From contig CAVPOM010000004.1 in assembly GCA_963707025.1 (NCBI GenBank), positions 480,001 through 544,000 of the forward strand: DNA of 64,000 nucleotides, written 5' to 3'. This DNA comes from an uncultured Verrucomicrobiae bacterium (GTDB lineage Bacteria; Verrucomicrobiota; Verrucomicrobiia; Limisphaerales; Palsa-1400). The first letter of the stretch is position 1. The number at the start of each line of letters is the position of its first letter. This document shows positions 9,910 to 20,268 of the stretch, piece after piece. A program made the position numbers and the translations under genes. The notes beneath the pieces are model-generated. The model had not been told where the DNA came from. It ran no database searches and worked only from the letters and a program-made list of their open reading frames with translations.

Positions 9910-10030
9910 CCGCGCTCCAATTTGTTGCAACTCGTTGCAAATCAACGAACGGCTGTGTCAGAACGGGAAACAGCGGCTTTCCCAGTCTCCGTGCTCTCCG
10001 CGTTCTCCTGTTCAAACCTCTTCTTCATTC

Positions 10031-10087
10031 CCTGTCCTCCGTCCTGTCCTCCGTAGGCCCGGCGAAGGTGGAAGGCCCTGCGGAGGA
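10031..10087. repeat. REP-like palindrome with a 12-bp tandem duplication
   Basis: CCTGTCCTCCGT x2, then TCCTCCGTAGG...CCTGCGGAGGA inverted arms. Confidence 0.6.
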
Positions 10088-10267
10088 GGATGCATTCTGG
10101 ATTCCCCCTTCTTTTCCATCCGTGTGATCCGCGCCATCCGTGGCAGCATTCTTCTGCTGCGGTCTGCCAGCATCCGCATCTTGCCCCTCCGCTATGGGCC
10201 GATTAAGTTACTCAAGTGTCTAATGCTTAGGGCCTTGCCAAAATCCGCATTTTTTCGCGTTTTTTCG

Positions 10268-10295
10268 TTGACGGCACTAATTTATATGCTAAAAT
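10268..10295 (+). promoter_or_regulatory. Sigma70-type promoter
   Basis: TTGACG-N16-TAAAAT with extended TG, preceded by T tracts. Confidence 0.55.
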
Positions 10296-10415
10296 TCGCA
10301 TAGTGAGAAGAGGAACGGCAACAGTGGCAGCGGACGGCGGCGGGAATCGGGACGGGATTCCTCCCGCGCTGCCTTCGCCATCCACCGGCCTCGGGCGCAT
10401 TTCACTTGTTTTGGC

Positions 10416-10545
10416 GCTGCTTTGACTCGGGCAGCTTTAAGCGATTCCAACGATTGAAAACTGGTCCTCGCGAATTGGTCATTTGTCATCTACAACCTCT
10501 TCCGATAACCAATAACAAATCTTCGATGACCAATTCTCAATCGAG
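10416..10545 (+). repeat. Dispersed repeat family A, copy 1 (inverted copy at 38690-38819)
   Basis: Aligns by eye to the reverse complement of 38690-38819, including the exact 26-mer AACCTCTTCCGATAACCAATAACAAA. Confidence 0.85.
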
Positions 10546-10730
10546 CGGTAAATCAACGGAAGGTCCTGTCCATGAATAATTTACATTCCAGACTGGGCTA
10601 TCTCCAACCAGGGTCAATCAGGCCCAATCAAGGTGTTTTTTTGAACCAAAGGACCCACCAATCCATCACTCCAAAACCTTCGCGAGCCACTCAGGTATTC
10701 CTATCTCGCGCATTAAAACCGACCCCAGAA

Positions 10731-10790
10731 TTTTCACCTAATTTCACCTAATTTCACCTAGTTTCACTTGATTTCACCTAGTTTCAGTTC
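10731..10790 (+). repeat. 10-bp tandem repeat (ATTTCACCTA) x6, degenerate
   Basis: ttttcaccta atttcaccta atttcaccta gtttcacttg atttcaccta gtttcagttc. Confidence 0.9.
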
Positions 10791-10911
10791 GAAGGGTGGG
10801 GGGGGCCTGGCCGGATTCTCAGCCCTATTCCACAGGCCTTTATTTTTGCTGGCTCCGAAACGCGGACCCTGTACCATGGCGCCGTCCCATGACGAAAAGC
10901 TGTTTGTCTCT

Positions 10912-12519
10912 ATGAAAATAAAATTGTTCTTCCGCCTCGTTTTGCCGGCGCTGCTCTTCGCCGGATGCGCAACTGAATCGTCCCGGCCAATCGTCGCGGT
11001 AAAACCAGAGTTGCCCCTGAGAGACCAATTTTACAATGTCCGCGCCTTCGGCGCCGTGGGCGACGGCCAGACGCTGGACAGTCCGGCGATCAACAAGGCC
11101 ATTGACGCCTGCGCCGCGGCGGGCGGCGGGACGGTTTTGTTTCCGGCCGGAACTTATTTGTGCGGCTCCATTCATCTCAAAAGCAACATTCATCTGCTGA
11201 TTGACGCCGGCGCGACGATTCTGGGCGCGCCGCAGGCAATGAACGCCTACGACCCGAAGCGAAGCCTTCGACGGGCCGGCGTTATCAGGACGGCGGCCAC
11301 ACCTATTTTCACAACAGCCTGATCTGGGGCGAGAACCTCACCAACGTTTCCATCACCGGCCAGGGCATGATCAACGGCGGCGGGCTGGTGCGCAACGACC
11401 GCGCATCGTGGACCGCATGAGCGGCTATTTCAACTTTGGGTCAACCACCAACCGCACCGTCCCCCGTCCCGCCGATGAACAACCTCCCGTCCGCGCTCGG
11501 CAACAAGGCCATCGCCCTCAAGCTTTGCCGCAACGTCCTCATCCGCGACATCACGATTTTTCACGGCGGCCATTTCGCCATTCTCGTCACCGGCTGCGAC
11601 AACCTGACGGTGGACAACGTGACGATGGACACCGACCGCGACGGCATTGACATTGATTGCTGCCGCAACACGATGGTTTCCAATTGCCGCATCAATTCGC
11701 CGCGGCGACGACGGATCTGTGCCCGAAGAGCACCTTTGCCCTGGGGCGAAATGTGATCACGGAAAATCTGACCATCATCAATTGCCAGGTCTCCGGATTT
11801 GAGGAAGGCACGCTGCTGGACGGCACGATGAAGCCCGGCCGGGGACACAATGGCCGGATCAAGTTCGGCACGGAGTCCAACGGCGGTTTCCGCAACGTGC
11901 ACCATGGCCAACTGCACGTTCCGCGGCTGCCACGGCCTGGCGCTGGAAGAAGTGGACGGCGGCATCATGGAAAACATCACCATCAACAACATCACCATGA
12001 TGGACGTGCGGCGATTATCCGATTTACATCACGACCGGCAAACGCAATCGCGGCCCGGACGTGACCGGAGCCGAGCCGGTGCCAGAAACATTTTCATTTC
12101 CAACGTCATCGCCACGGCGTGGACAAGGAGAGCGGCATTCAGATCATTGGGATGCCGGACCATCCGATTGAAGGGGTGCGGCTGGAAAACATCCGCATCG
12201 TCTTCAAGGGCGGCGGCACCAAGACGACGCCGCGCAGATCCCCCGCGAACTGGGCACCGGCTATCCGGAACCGCGCGGCACCATGCCGGCCTACGGAATT
12301 TTTGCCCGCCACGTCCGGGGCCTGGAACTGGCGAACATCCAATTTAGTTTTGACAGAGAAGATTTGCGCCCGGCCATGGCCTGCGAGGACGTGGATGGGG
12401 TGGAGATTGACGACTTCAAGGCGCAGTTGGCCCAGGGCGTGGCGCCCGCGCGTTGGGAAAATGTCAGAGGCAAAACCGTGCGCAATTCGCCGGTCCTGTC
12501 AGCCCCTGAATCAAACTAA
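10912..12519 (+). CDS. GH28-like (polygalacturonase family) lipoprotein, many frameshifts
   Basis: Lipobox LFAGC; YNVRAFGAVGDG, GGGTVLFPAGTYLCGSIHLKS, DTDRDGIDID, ICPKS and RIKFGTESNGGF spread over several frames. May be a pseudogene. Confidence 0.8.
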
Positions 12520-12713
12520 CCAGCGCTGCATCCGCCGATGAACCCGGCCACTCCGATCAGTCCCAACCGTTTGACGGGAGAACATGGGGCGCCTTTGGAA
12601 CCTCGCAGGATTCCAATTAAAGGCGCCGTCCAAATTTTATATCGGCCGGAATGCCGTTTTACTTTACCGGCCTCGCGGCGCTGATGGGGAGGCCGGGAAA
12701 ATGATGCGAAAGA

Positions 12714-14126
12714 TTAGACGTCATAGTAGAGATGGAATTCGTAGGGATGAGGGCGCAGGCGCAGGGCGTCCACCTCTTTGCGCTTGGCCGCGATCCACAT
12801 GTCCAGGAAGTCGGTGGTAAAAACGTCCCCTTTGAGGAGAAAGGCATGATCTTTTTGCAACAGATCCAGGGCCTCGCCCAGGCTGGAGGGGACTTGCGGG
12901 ATTTTTTTGAGGTCTTCCGGCGGCAGTTCGTACATGTTTTTGTCCATGGGCTCGCCCGGCTCGATTTTGTTCAGGACGCCATCCAGCCCGGCCAGGAGCA
13001 GGGCGGCGAAGCAGAGATAGGGATTGGCGGCGGGATCGGGGGGCCGGTACTCAATGCGCCGGGTTTTGGGATTCTCACTGTAAGTGGGGATGCGGATGGC
13101 GGCGCTGCGGTTGCGGGCGCTATAGGCCAGGTTGACGGGGGCTTCGTAGCCGGGCACCAGGCGTTTGAAGGAGTTGGTGGTGGGGCTGCAAATGGCGCAG
13201 AGGGCCTTGGCGTGTTTGAGGATGCCGCCAATGTAATAGAGGGCCATCTGGCTCAAGCCGGCGTATTCCTTGCCGGCGAAGAGGGGCCGGCCGTTTTTCC
13301 AGAGGCTTTGATGGGTATGCATGCCCGAGCCGTTGTCGCCGAAGAGGGGCTTGGGCATGAGGCAGACGGTCTTGCCGTGGCGGCGGGCGACGTTTTTGAT
13401 GACGTATTTGTAAACCATCATGTTGTCGGCCGTCTTGACCAGGGTGTCGAAGCGGAAATCAATCTCGGCCTGGCCGCCGGTGGCCACTTCATGGTGCTGG
13501 CGCTCGATCTTGATGCCCAGTTGTTCCATGATCAGGCACATCTCGGTGCGGATGTCCTGCTGGGTGTCGTGGGGGGCGACGGGGAAATAACCCTCCTTGT
13601 GGCGGATTTTATAGCCGAGGTTGGGGGCCTGGTCCCGGCCGCTGTTCCAGATGGCCTCCTCCGAGTCCACCGAGTAGAAGGTGCCGTTGCATTGGGCGTC
13701 GAACTGGACGCTGTCAAAAATAAAGAATTCGGCCTCCGGCCCGAAGACGGCGGCGTCGGCCAGGCCGGTGGAGCGGAGGTATTTCTCGGCGCGCCCGGCG
13801 ATGCCGCGGGGGTCGCGGGTGTAGGCTTCCTTGGTGCCGGTCTCGGCGATGGTGCAGGTCAGGGAGAGGGTGGGCACGGCGCAAAAGGGGTCAATGAAGG
13901 CGGTGTCCGGGTCGGGCATGGCCAGCATGTCGGAGGCCTCGATGGATTTCCAGCCGCGGATGGAGGAGCCGTCAAAGCCGTAGCCCTCGGCAAAGGCCTC
14001 CTCGGTCAGCTCGGAGATGGGCAGGCTGAAATGCTGCCAGGTGCCGAAGGTGTCAACAAACTTAACGTCAATCATTTTGGCGCCCTGCTGTTTCGCCAGG
14101 GCCAAAACGCTTTTGGGGGTGTTCAT
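12714..14126 (-). CDS. glnA: Glutamine synthetase type I
   Basis: [51 protein letters not shown], adenylylation-type NMYELP, RPHPYEF. Confidence 0.98.
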   Translation of the reverse strand: MNTPKSVLALAKQQGAKMIDVKFVDTFGTWQHFSLPISELTEEAFAEGYGFDGSSIRGWKSIEASDMLAMPDPDTAFIDPFCAVPTLSLTCTIAETGTKEAYTRDPRGIAGRAEKYLRSTGLADAAVFGPEAEFFIFDSVQFDAQCNGTFYSVDSEEAIWNSGRDQAPNLGYKIRHKEGYFPVAPHDTQQDIRTEMCLIMEQLGIKIERQHHEVATGGQAEIDFRFDTLVKTADNMMVYKYVIKNVARRHGKTVCLMPKPLFGDNGSGMHTHQSLWKNGRPLFAGKEYAGLSQMALYYIGGILKHAKALCAICSPTTNSFKRLVPGYEAPVNLAYSARNRSAAIRIPTYSENPKTRRIEYRPPDPAANPYLCFAALLLAGLDGVLNKIEPGEPMDKNMYELPPEDLKKIPQVPSSLGEALDLLQKDHAFLLKGDVFTTDFLDMWIAAKRKEVDALRLRPHPYEFHLYYDV

Positions 14127-14261
14127 CGCTTGTTTTGTATATTGTTTTTACTTGTCGTCGCCGGCCAATGGTGCCTCCGTTGTGGAGGGTTTAATTTCAT
14201 TTGGTTCGCTACACGTTCTATCTCGAGCAATACGGCCTTCTCCAGAGGCACGGCTGAATTT

Positions 14262-14288
14262 AGCAGTTGGAATGCCACTTGCGTGCCG
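14262..14288 (-). promoter_or_regulatory. Sigma54 -24/-12 promoter(s) of glnA
   Basis: Minus strand TGGCATTCCAACTGCT (14277-14262) and overlapping CGGCACGCAAGTGGCA (14288-14273), both GG-N10-GC. Confidence 0.7.
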
Positions 14289-14418
14289 CTTGTCAAAAAA
14301 ATTGTGATACGCAGGCAACTCAGCCTCGGTTAGGCGGTTTTTGTGGCGGATTTTTCTTTTTTAAACGGCGAAATGGAATATGGGCTGTATTTTTTTGCTC
14401 AGACTGTGCAGATTTTTC

Positions 14419-15294
14419 TCAAGGGTCTGGGAACTCGGGCAGCGGCGGGGTCGCGCCTTCGCAGGAACAGACATACCGGGCCACCTGGTTGGCCCGGCGG
14501 TTGATGGCGTCCAGCGGCTTTCCCGTCAGCACGCCCACGGCCAGCGCCGCGGTAAAGGCATCGCCGGCCCCAACGGTGTCCTTGACCGCGACGGATTGGC
14601 CGGGATCATCAGCCCATTGGCCCCCGCCATGGAGCAAGCTGCCCTGGGCGCCGCGGGTCAGGCACAACAGGCGCTGGGCGTGCTGCCGCGCCAACTGTTC
14701 GATTTGCTGGCGCACACTCCCGCGCAAACCCAGCATGCCCGCCAGGACAGGCAGTTCGGCCTCGTTGCATTTGACGATGTTGGCCAGGCGCAGCGATGTT
14801 TCGATGAGGTCCCGCGAGAAATAGTGCTGGCGCAGGTTGAGGTCCAGAACCCGCAACGCGCCGGGGCGAACCGCCGCCAGCAGCGCCTGAATGGTGCTGC
14901 GTGCCGGCTCGCGACGCTGGCCCAGCGTGCCAAAGACCACCGCGTCTGCTGCGGCGACGGCGGCGAGAGCGGTTTTTTCCAGGGCCAGAAAGTCCCAGGC
15001 AACATTCTCGTGAATGGTGAAGCGCGGCTGGCCGCCGGCCGAAAGCTCCACGCTGGCAGTTCCCGTCGGGGCGGACGGATCGGCTTGAATTTCCGCAACC
15101 GACAGGCCCAGAGCTTGCAGCCGCTGGAGGATTTCCGCGCCCAGAGGATCCTGTCCGACGCGGGAGATCACGCAACTGCGCGCACCCAGGGCGCGCGCGT
15201 GCAAGGCGAAATTGGCGGGCGCGCCACCCAGTTGTTTGCCGGACGGCAGGAGGTCCCAGAGAATCTCGCCGAGACCGATTACGTTGAAACTCAT
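14419..15294 (-). CDS. PfkB family carbohydrate kinase (fructokinase-like)
   Basis: GLGEILWD, GGAPANFA, DLNLR, DTVGAGDAFTA. Confidence 0.95.
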   Translation of the reverse strand: MSFNVIGLGEILWDLLPSGKQLGGAPANFALHARALGARSCVISRVGQDPLGAEILQRLQALGLSVAEIQADPSAPTGTASVELSAGGQPRFTIHENVAWDFLALEKTALAAVAAADAVVFGTLGQRREPARSTIQALLAAVRPGALRVLDLNLRQHYFSRDLIETSLRLANIVKCNEAELPVLAGMLGLRGSVRQQIEQLARQHAQRLLCLTRGAQGSLLHGGGQWADDPGQSVAVKDTVGAGDAFTAALAVGVLTGKPLDAINRRANQVARYVCSCEGATPPLPEFPDP

Positions 15295-15542
15295 TCCATA
15301 ATTATACGTCCCTCACCCGGTCGCGCACGCCAATACGCCGGCGCCGCGCCCGACAGCGGGTTTGGCCTTTACTGGGAACATCCATCACAGGCTGCCTCAT
15401 GCAGATGCGATGGTGAATGCTTTGGCTGCTGGACTCGTGGCAACTCACACCATGGATTGGAACAGGCGCCGTCTTGATGGCGATTGGGATTAAGACGGGG
15501 ACATAGCCTCCACTCCGGCGCGCTTGACAGCGGCGGCGTGAA

Positions 15543-16883
15543 ATGGGAGGCTGGGTGATCGTGAACGCGGTCATCTTCTGGCTCGATGTCGCCTTGCTGG
15601 CCTTGCTGGCGGGAACCGCGCAGGGGGCTGAGGCCGGAGGGACGCCGGGCCGCCACGCCTTGAGTACCGTATTTCTGCTCAAACCCGCGCTGGTCTTCGA
15701 TACGGCCAACGGCCAGACGCACGCCGGCTGGTCTGTGCTGGTCAGGGGCAATCAAATCGCCGCGGCCGGACCTGCCGCGCAGATGGAAGCGCCGGCCAAC
15801 GCGGAGAGGATCGAATTGGCCGGCATGACCCTGCTGCCCGGATTAATGGACCTGCACTCCCATATTTTCCTGCACCCTTACAATGAGGCCTCCTGGGATG
15901 ACCAAGTCCTGAAGGAGCCGGTCGCCTATCGTTCGGTCCAGGCGGTGCTGCATGTCAAGGACACGCTGCTGGCCGGCTTCACCTTGCTGCGCGACTTGGG
16001 CACGGAAGGGGCCGGGGCTGCCGACGTGTCCATCAAGCGGACGATTGAGGAGGGGCTGATTCCCGGTCCCCGGCTGGTGGTGGTCACCAAAGCCATTGTG
16101 GCCACGGCCAGTTATGGTCCCGGCCCGCGGGGTTATGCCGAGAACGTCCTTCTGCCCAAAGGCGCGCAGGAGGCATCGGGCATCCCGGAAATCCTCAAAG
16201 CGGTGCGGGAGCAGGTGGGTCTGGGCGCGGATTGGATTAAGGTCTATGCCGATTACGGCCGCGGCCCGGGAGGCCAGCAGGCGGCCACCTTCAGCCTCGA
16301 AGAGCTGCGGGCCTTGGTGGAGGAATCCCATTCGGCCGGCCGCCCGGTGGCGGTCCACGCCACCACCGCCGAAGGGATGCGGCGGGCCGTGGAGGCGGGA
16401 GTGGATACCATCGAGCATGGCTTCGGGGGGACGGAGGAAGTTTTCCGGCGGATGGCAGAAAAGGGGGTGGGTTATTTGCCGACGCTCACGGCGGTTGAGG
16501 CCACGGCCGAATACTTCCATGGTTACAAGCCCGGGGAGAGTGCCGCCACCCCTGAAATGGTCAACGCGCTGCGGGCTTTCAAACTGGCCCTGGATAACAA
16601 GGTGACCATCGGCGCCGGCAGTGACGTGGGAGTTTTTGCGCACGGCAGCAACTATCGCGAGCTGGAATGGATGGTGCGAGGCGGGATGAGCCCGAGCCAA
16701 GCCATCCTGGCGGCCACGGCGACCAATGCCAGGATCCTGCGAATGGAGGATAAGTTGGGAGCCGTCCGTCCTGGAATGCTGGCGGACCTCATCGCCGTGC
16801 CGGGCGACCCCACCACCAACATTCAGGCGTTGCGGGATGTGCGCCTGGTCATGAAAGACGGCGTGATTTACAAAAAGCCCTGA
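15543..16883 (+). CDS. Metal-dependent amidohydrolase, probably exported; start uncertain
   Basis: [41 protein letters not shown]. Confidence 0.9.
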   Translation: MGGWVIVNAVIFWLDVALLALLAGTAQGAEAGGTPGRHALSTVFLLKPALVFDTANGQTHAGWSVLVRGNQIAAAGPAAQMEAPANAERIELAGMTLLPGLMDLHSHIFLHPYNEASWDDQVLKEPVAYRSVQAVLHVKDTLLAGFTLLRDLGTEGAGAADVSIKRTIEEGLIPGPRLVVVTKAIVATASYGPGPRGYAENVLLPKGAQEASGIPEILKAVREQVGLGADWIKVYADYGRGPGGQQAATFSLEELRALVEESHSAGRPVAVHATTAEGMRRAVEAGVDTIEHGFGGTEEVFRRMAEKGVGYLPTLTAVEATAEYFHGYKPGESAATPEMVNALRAFKLALDNKVTIGAGSDVGVFAHGSNYRELEWMVRGGMSPSQAILAATATNARILRMEDKLGAVRPGMLADLIAVPGDPTTNIQALRDVRLVMKDGVIYKKP

Positions 16884-16889
16884 ATCGGA

Positions 16890-16943
16890 GATTGAGAATA
16901 AGAATAAGATTAGGATTAGGATCAGGATTAAGATTGGGATTAG
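16890..16943 (+). repeat. 6-bp tandem repeat (GATTAG-like) x9
   Basis: gattga gaataa gaataa gattag gattag gatcag gattaa gattgg gattag. Confidence 0.85.
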
Positions 16944-17029
16944 ATGGGTTTGGCCTTGTGGAAATGGCTTGTGGGCGCACAACCTCGGGGCTAACGTAAT
17001 GTCCGGCGCATCACACCGCCAGGTTCACG

Positions 17030-18502
17030 ATGAAGATTCTCCTCGTCAGTCCGCAGACGCCAGACACGTTCTGGAGTTTCAAGCATGTGCTGCGGTTTGT
17101 TGCCAAGCGGGCCTCGTTCCCGCCGTTGGGCTTGCTCACGGTGGCGGGCATGCTGCCCCAGGATTGGGAATTGCGGCTGGTGGACATGAACGTCAAGCGG
17201 CTCAAGGACGCGGATTTGCTCTGGGCGGACTTCGTGATGGTCAGCGCGATGATCGTGCAGAAGGATTCGGTGCGGACCATCGCGGGGCGGTGCTTGGAGC
17301 AGGGCAAACCGGTCATCGCTGGCGGACCGTTGTTCACCACCGGACATGAGGCCTTTCCGGAAATTCCCCATTTCGTGCTGGGTGAGGCGGAAGAAATCAT
17401 GCCGCAAGTGGTCGAAGACCTGCGGCACCAGCGGCTGCAACGCCTCTACCAAGCGCCGCGCTGGCCGGATCTGGCGCAAACCCCCGTTCCGCGCTGGGAT
17501 TTGATTGACCTCCGGCATTACGTGACGATGCCGGCGCAGTTTTCGCGGGGCTGCCCGTTCAACTGCGAGTTTTGCGACATCATCGTGATGAACGGCCGCG
17601 TGCCCCGAACCAAGGCGCCGGCGCAATTGATCGCCGAGCTGGAAGCCCTCCGGGTGCGGGGCTGGAAGGAAATGGTCTTCATCGTGGACGACAATTTCAT
17701 CGGGGACAAACGGCAGACGCGGGCGTTGCTGCGGGAAATGGTGGCCTGGCGGCGGCGCACGGGGGCCGAAATGGGATTTCTCACCGAGGCCTCGGTGAAC
17801 CTGGCGGACGACGCGGACTTGTGCGCGTTGATGGTGGAAGCCGGTTTCACCAAAGTGTTTGTCGGCATCGAAACACCGTCGGTGGAAGGGCTGGAGGAAT
17901 GCCGCAAACTGCAGAATCGCGGGCGCGATCTGGTGGAAGCGGTGCGGCTCTTGCAACAGCGCGGGCTGGAAGTGATGGGCGGATTCATCGTGGGCTTCGA
18001 CAGCGACAAGACGGACATCTTCAAGCGGCAGTTCGACTTCATCCAGCGCTCGGGCGTGGTGACGGCCATGGTGGGCCTGCTGACGGCGCTGCCGCAAACC
18101 CGCCTCTACGACCGCCTGAAGAAGGAGGGCCGGCTGGAGGCGGAAACCAGCGGCAACAACACCGACTCGGCGCTGAACTTCAAACCGAGGCTCAGCCGGG
18201 AATTCCTCCAATCCGGCTACCGCGACCTGATGAAAAGACTCTACGAGCCGAAAGTCTATTACCAGCGGGTGCGCACCTTTCTGCAAAATCACAAGACGAC
18301 CGCGCCGAGCCTGCGGCTGTCGCGCGCGGACTTGGTGGCCTTCCTAAAATCGTTATGGCTGCTGGGAATCTGGTATCGCGGGCGGGTGGCCTACTGGCGG
18401 TTTTTCCTGGGCACACTGTTGCGCCGGCCGCATCAATTCCGTCGCGCCATAGAGTTCGCCATACTCGGATATCACTTCCGCCGTGTCGCGCAGGAGTGTT
18501 AG
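17030..18502 (+). CDS. B12-binding-domain radical SAM protein
   Basis: N-terminal PPLGLLTVA cobalamin-binding-type domain; SRGCPFNCEFC (CxxxCxxC); VDDNFIG; GFIVGFD. Confidence 0.9.
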   Translation: MKILLVSPQTPDTFWSFKHVLRFVAKRASFPPLGLLTVAGMLPQDWELRLVDMNVKRLKDADLLWADFVMVSAMIVQKDSVRTIAGRCLEQGKPVIAGGPLFTTGHEAFPEIPHFVLGEAEEIMPQVVEDLRHQRLQRLYQAPRWPDLAQTPVPRWDLIDLRHYVTMPAQFSRGCPFNCEFCDIIVMNGRVPRTKAPAQLIAELEALRVRGWKEMVFIVDDNFIGDKRQTRALLREMVAWRRRTGAEMGFLTEASVNLADDADLCALMVEAGFTKVFVGIETPSVEGLEECRKLQNRGRDLVEAVRLLQQRGLEVMGGFIVGFDSDKTDIFKRQFDFIQRSGVVTAMVGLLTALPQTRLYDRLKKEGRLEAETSGNNTDSALNFKPRLSREFLQSGYRDLMKRLYEPKVYYQRVRTFLQNHKTTAPSLRLSRADLVAFLKSLWLLGIWYRGRVAYWRFFLGTLLRRPHQFRRAIEFAILGYHFRRVAQEC

Positions 18503-18583
18503 CCAGGACATGGCCTGCGCGCGCCCGCATCGGATGGGTGGCACAGGCGCCCCCGTCCCGGTTCATTTCGGAATCAAAAAGTG

Positions 18584-19129
18584 CTACGCAGACGGCGGGT
18601 GCGGCAGCCCGCCTTTGGAATTGAGGAACGTGTTGGTCCGCAATTCGACCTGTTGAATCACCTCGAACATCTGGAAGTTGTCCGGAGCGGTCTGCAGTTT
18701 CTCGACCAGTTGGCTGTCTCTGGCCAAACGGCCCAGGCCGGCGACCACCAATAGATATTGGGTTGAGTCGGTTTTGGGAACAGCCAGCAGAAAAACCAGC
18801 CGCACGGGGCGAATGGCCTTTGCCCCCCACCGCAATGGCTCTTCGCTGCGGCCCAGCGCGAAAGCCAGCTCCTTGAGGCCCGGCAACCGCGCGTGCGGAA
18901 AGGCCATGCCTGCCTCCATGTCACTGCTCACCAGGAATTCCCGGTTCAGAGCCGCTTCGTAAAACGGCAGTAAATCGGGCACGCGTTTTTCATGTTGCAT
19001 CGCCTGGCTGAGTTCCTGAATCACGCTGGCCGCATCGCAGCCGCGCAAGCTGGGAACCATCAGACCCGGGCTGGTAAAATCGGCCAGGGTCACTGAAGCG
19101 GCGGGATGGATGCAGGTATCAGGCGACAT
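18584..19129 (-). CDS. PTS EIIA domain protein (fructose/Ntr type)
   Basis: REFLVSSDMEAGMAFPHAR phospho-His motif; VRLVFLL. Confidence 0.85.
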   Translation of the reverse strand: MSPDTCIHPAASVTLADFTSPGLMVPSLRGCDAASVIQELSQAMQHEKRVPDLLPFYEAALNREFLVSSDMEAGMAFPHARLPGLKELAFALGRSEEPLRWGAKAIRPVRLVFLLAVPKTDSTQYLLVVAGLGRLARDSQLVEKLQTAPDNFQMFEVIQQVELRTNTFLNSKGGLPHPPSA

Positions 19130-19514
19130 GCAAATCCGCTTTCTGCCGGGTTCGTCTGGCGCCTGATTTGGCGGGGGCCTTGATCGGCGGCGGTGAATCG
19201 GTCAGGCTGTACGGCTCGTCCTCCGCCCGAAAAAGATAGCGGCCGCAATGGTCGCAGACATGAAGCTCGGTGGCATAGGCCAGACTGGCGAGCGTGCCCG
19301 AAGTTATTCGCAAATGGCACTCGCTGCAGACACCGTGGCGGGCGAAGGCCAGGCCCTTCTTGCCGCGCGCGATGAGCCGGTCGAAGTGGCCGAGGATCGG
19401 GGCGGGCACGCTTTCGCGCAGGTCCAGAATCTCAGCTTCGTCGTCCAGTGACAGAGCCTTGGCCTGTAGTTCGAGTTCCTGTAGTGCAAGGAGTTTTTCC
19501 AAGATATGTTTCAT
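19119..19514 (-). CDS. C4 zinc-ribbon protein (short DUF164/CT398/HP0958-like)
   Basis: N-terminal LEKLLALQELE; GVCSECHLRI...CDHCGRYL. Confidence 0.75.
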   Translation of the reverse strand: MKHILEKLLALQELELQAKALSLDDEAEILDLRESVPAPILGHFDRLIARGKKGLAFARHGVCSECHLRITSGTLASLAYATELHVCDHCGRYLFRAEDEPYSLTDSPPPIKAPAKSGARRTRQKADLHVA

Positions 19515-19526
19515 GGTTCATGGTGA

Positions 19527-19542
19527 TGCAAAGGCCGTGCCG
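19527..19542 (-). promoter_or_regulatory. Sigma54 promoter
   Basis: Minus strand CGGCACGGCCTTTGCA, near-consensus TGGCAC-N5-TTGCW, 13 bp from the ATG. Confidence 0.85.
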
Positions 19543-19639
19543 GGAAAGGGTGCATTTGCGCTAACCCGTTGCGTTGAAAAGGGTTGAAGCATTCGCACGC
19601 CAATCTGTTTTCATGTGGTGCGGCCTTATTTCCGAGTTT

Positions 19640-19677
19640 TGTGCATTGTTTGCACCGCCTCCTGAAAACTTGTGCAA
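19640..19677. promoter_or_regulatory. Putative enhancer (bEBP binding sites)
   Basis: TGTGCA-TTGTT-TGCACC at 19640 and a second TGTGCAA at 19671. Confidence 0.6.
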
Positions 19678-19798
19678 ACCAAAAAGAGTCTTTGCCGCGC
19701 TGGCGTCAATTCACATTCGACACCAGCGCTGCTCTCGGTCTTCCCAATACGGATAAGCTCCGGCGCTGGTTGGCAACCGGAGGGGACCTTTCCGTGGC

Positions 19799-20041
19799 TT
19801 AATGGTTGCGCCCGCTGCGGGGTTTGCGAACCTTGCCCGACGCAGGCGGCGCCGTTTGCTGCTGCGGTGGTTTTTGGGCTGGCGACGCTGTGGGCGGATT
19901 GGCTGCCGCCAAGGTAGCAGCGGCTGGCGCCAGAGGTTTCGGGGCGCCGCCTATGGCGCCCATTGGGTTCTGCGGGGTGTTCACAGTTGTGGGAGGCAGG
20001 GTTGCTGGAATTGGATTTGCTGTAACAATTTGATCACTCAT
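19799..20041 (-). CDS. Small Pro/Ala-rich, probably disordered protein (80 aa) with basic tail
   Basis: ATG preceded by an A-rich leader and a sigma54 site; MSDQIVTANP...KVRKPRSGRNH. Confidence 0.55.
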   Translation of the reverse strand: MSDQIVTANPIPATLPPTTVNTPQNPMGAIGGAPKPLAPAAATLAAANPPTASPAQKPPQQQTAPPASGKVRKPRSGRNH

Positions 20042-20093
20042 AAGCTTTTGTTGTTTTAAATTGGCTCGTTAATTCGGCCACGGCCGCAATGGT

Positions 20094-20109
20094 TGCATTT
20101 GCGATGCCA
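20094..20109 (-). promoter_or_regulatory. Sigma54 promoter
   Basis: Minus strand TGGCATCGCAAATGCA (GG-N10-GC). Confidence 0.75.
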
Positions 20110-20205
20110 TCGCGCGTTGGTGGTGCCGAACATTTTTTCGCTGAACGACTTAGCGTCAGAGCATGTTTATGGGGACCGCTTTAAATCAGCGTCCACAAGT
20201 CTTTT

Positions 20206-20243
20206 TGGGCAAATTCTGCACAAACCGGAGGCGGCCTGTGCAA
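20206..20243. promoter_or_regulatory. Putative enhancer (bEBP binding sites)
   Basis: TGGGCA-AATTC-TGCACA at 20206 and a second TGTGCAA at 20237. Confidence 0.6.
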
Positions 20244-20268
20244 CGCATTCCATCAGGAGCGCCTCTCC

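Noticed and set aside
10731..10790. CRISPR array in the tandem repeats (also 9878, 16890, 4113)
   Set aside because: Units of 6-36 bp abut without unique spacers; no cas genes.
17030..18502. Specific call as hopanoid methylase HpnP
   Set aside because: Family-level motifs only and no hpn context; needs phylogeny.
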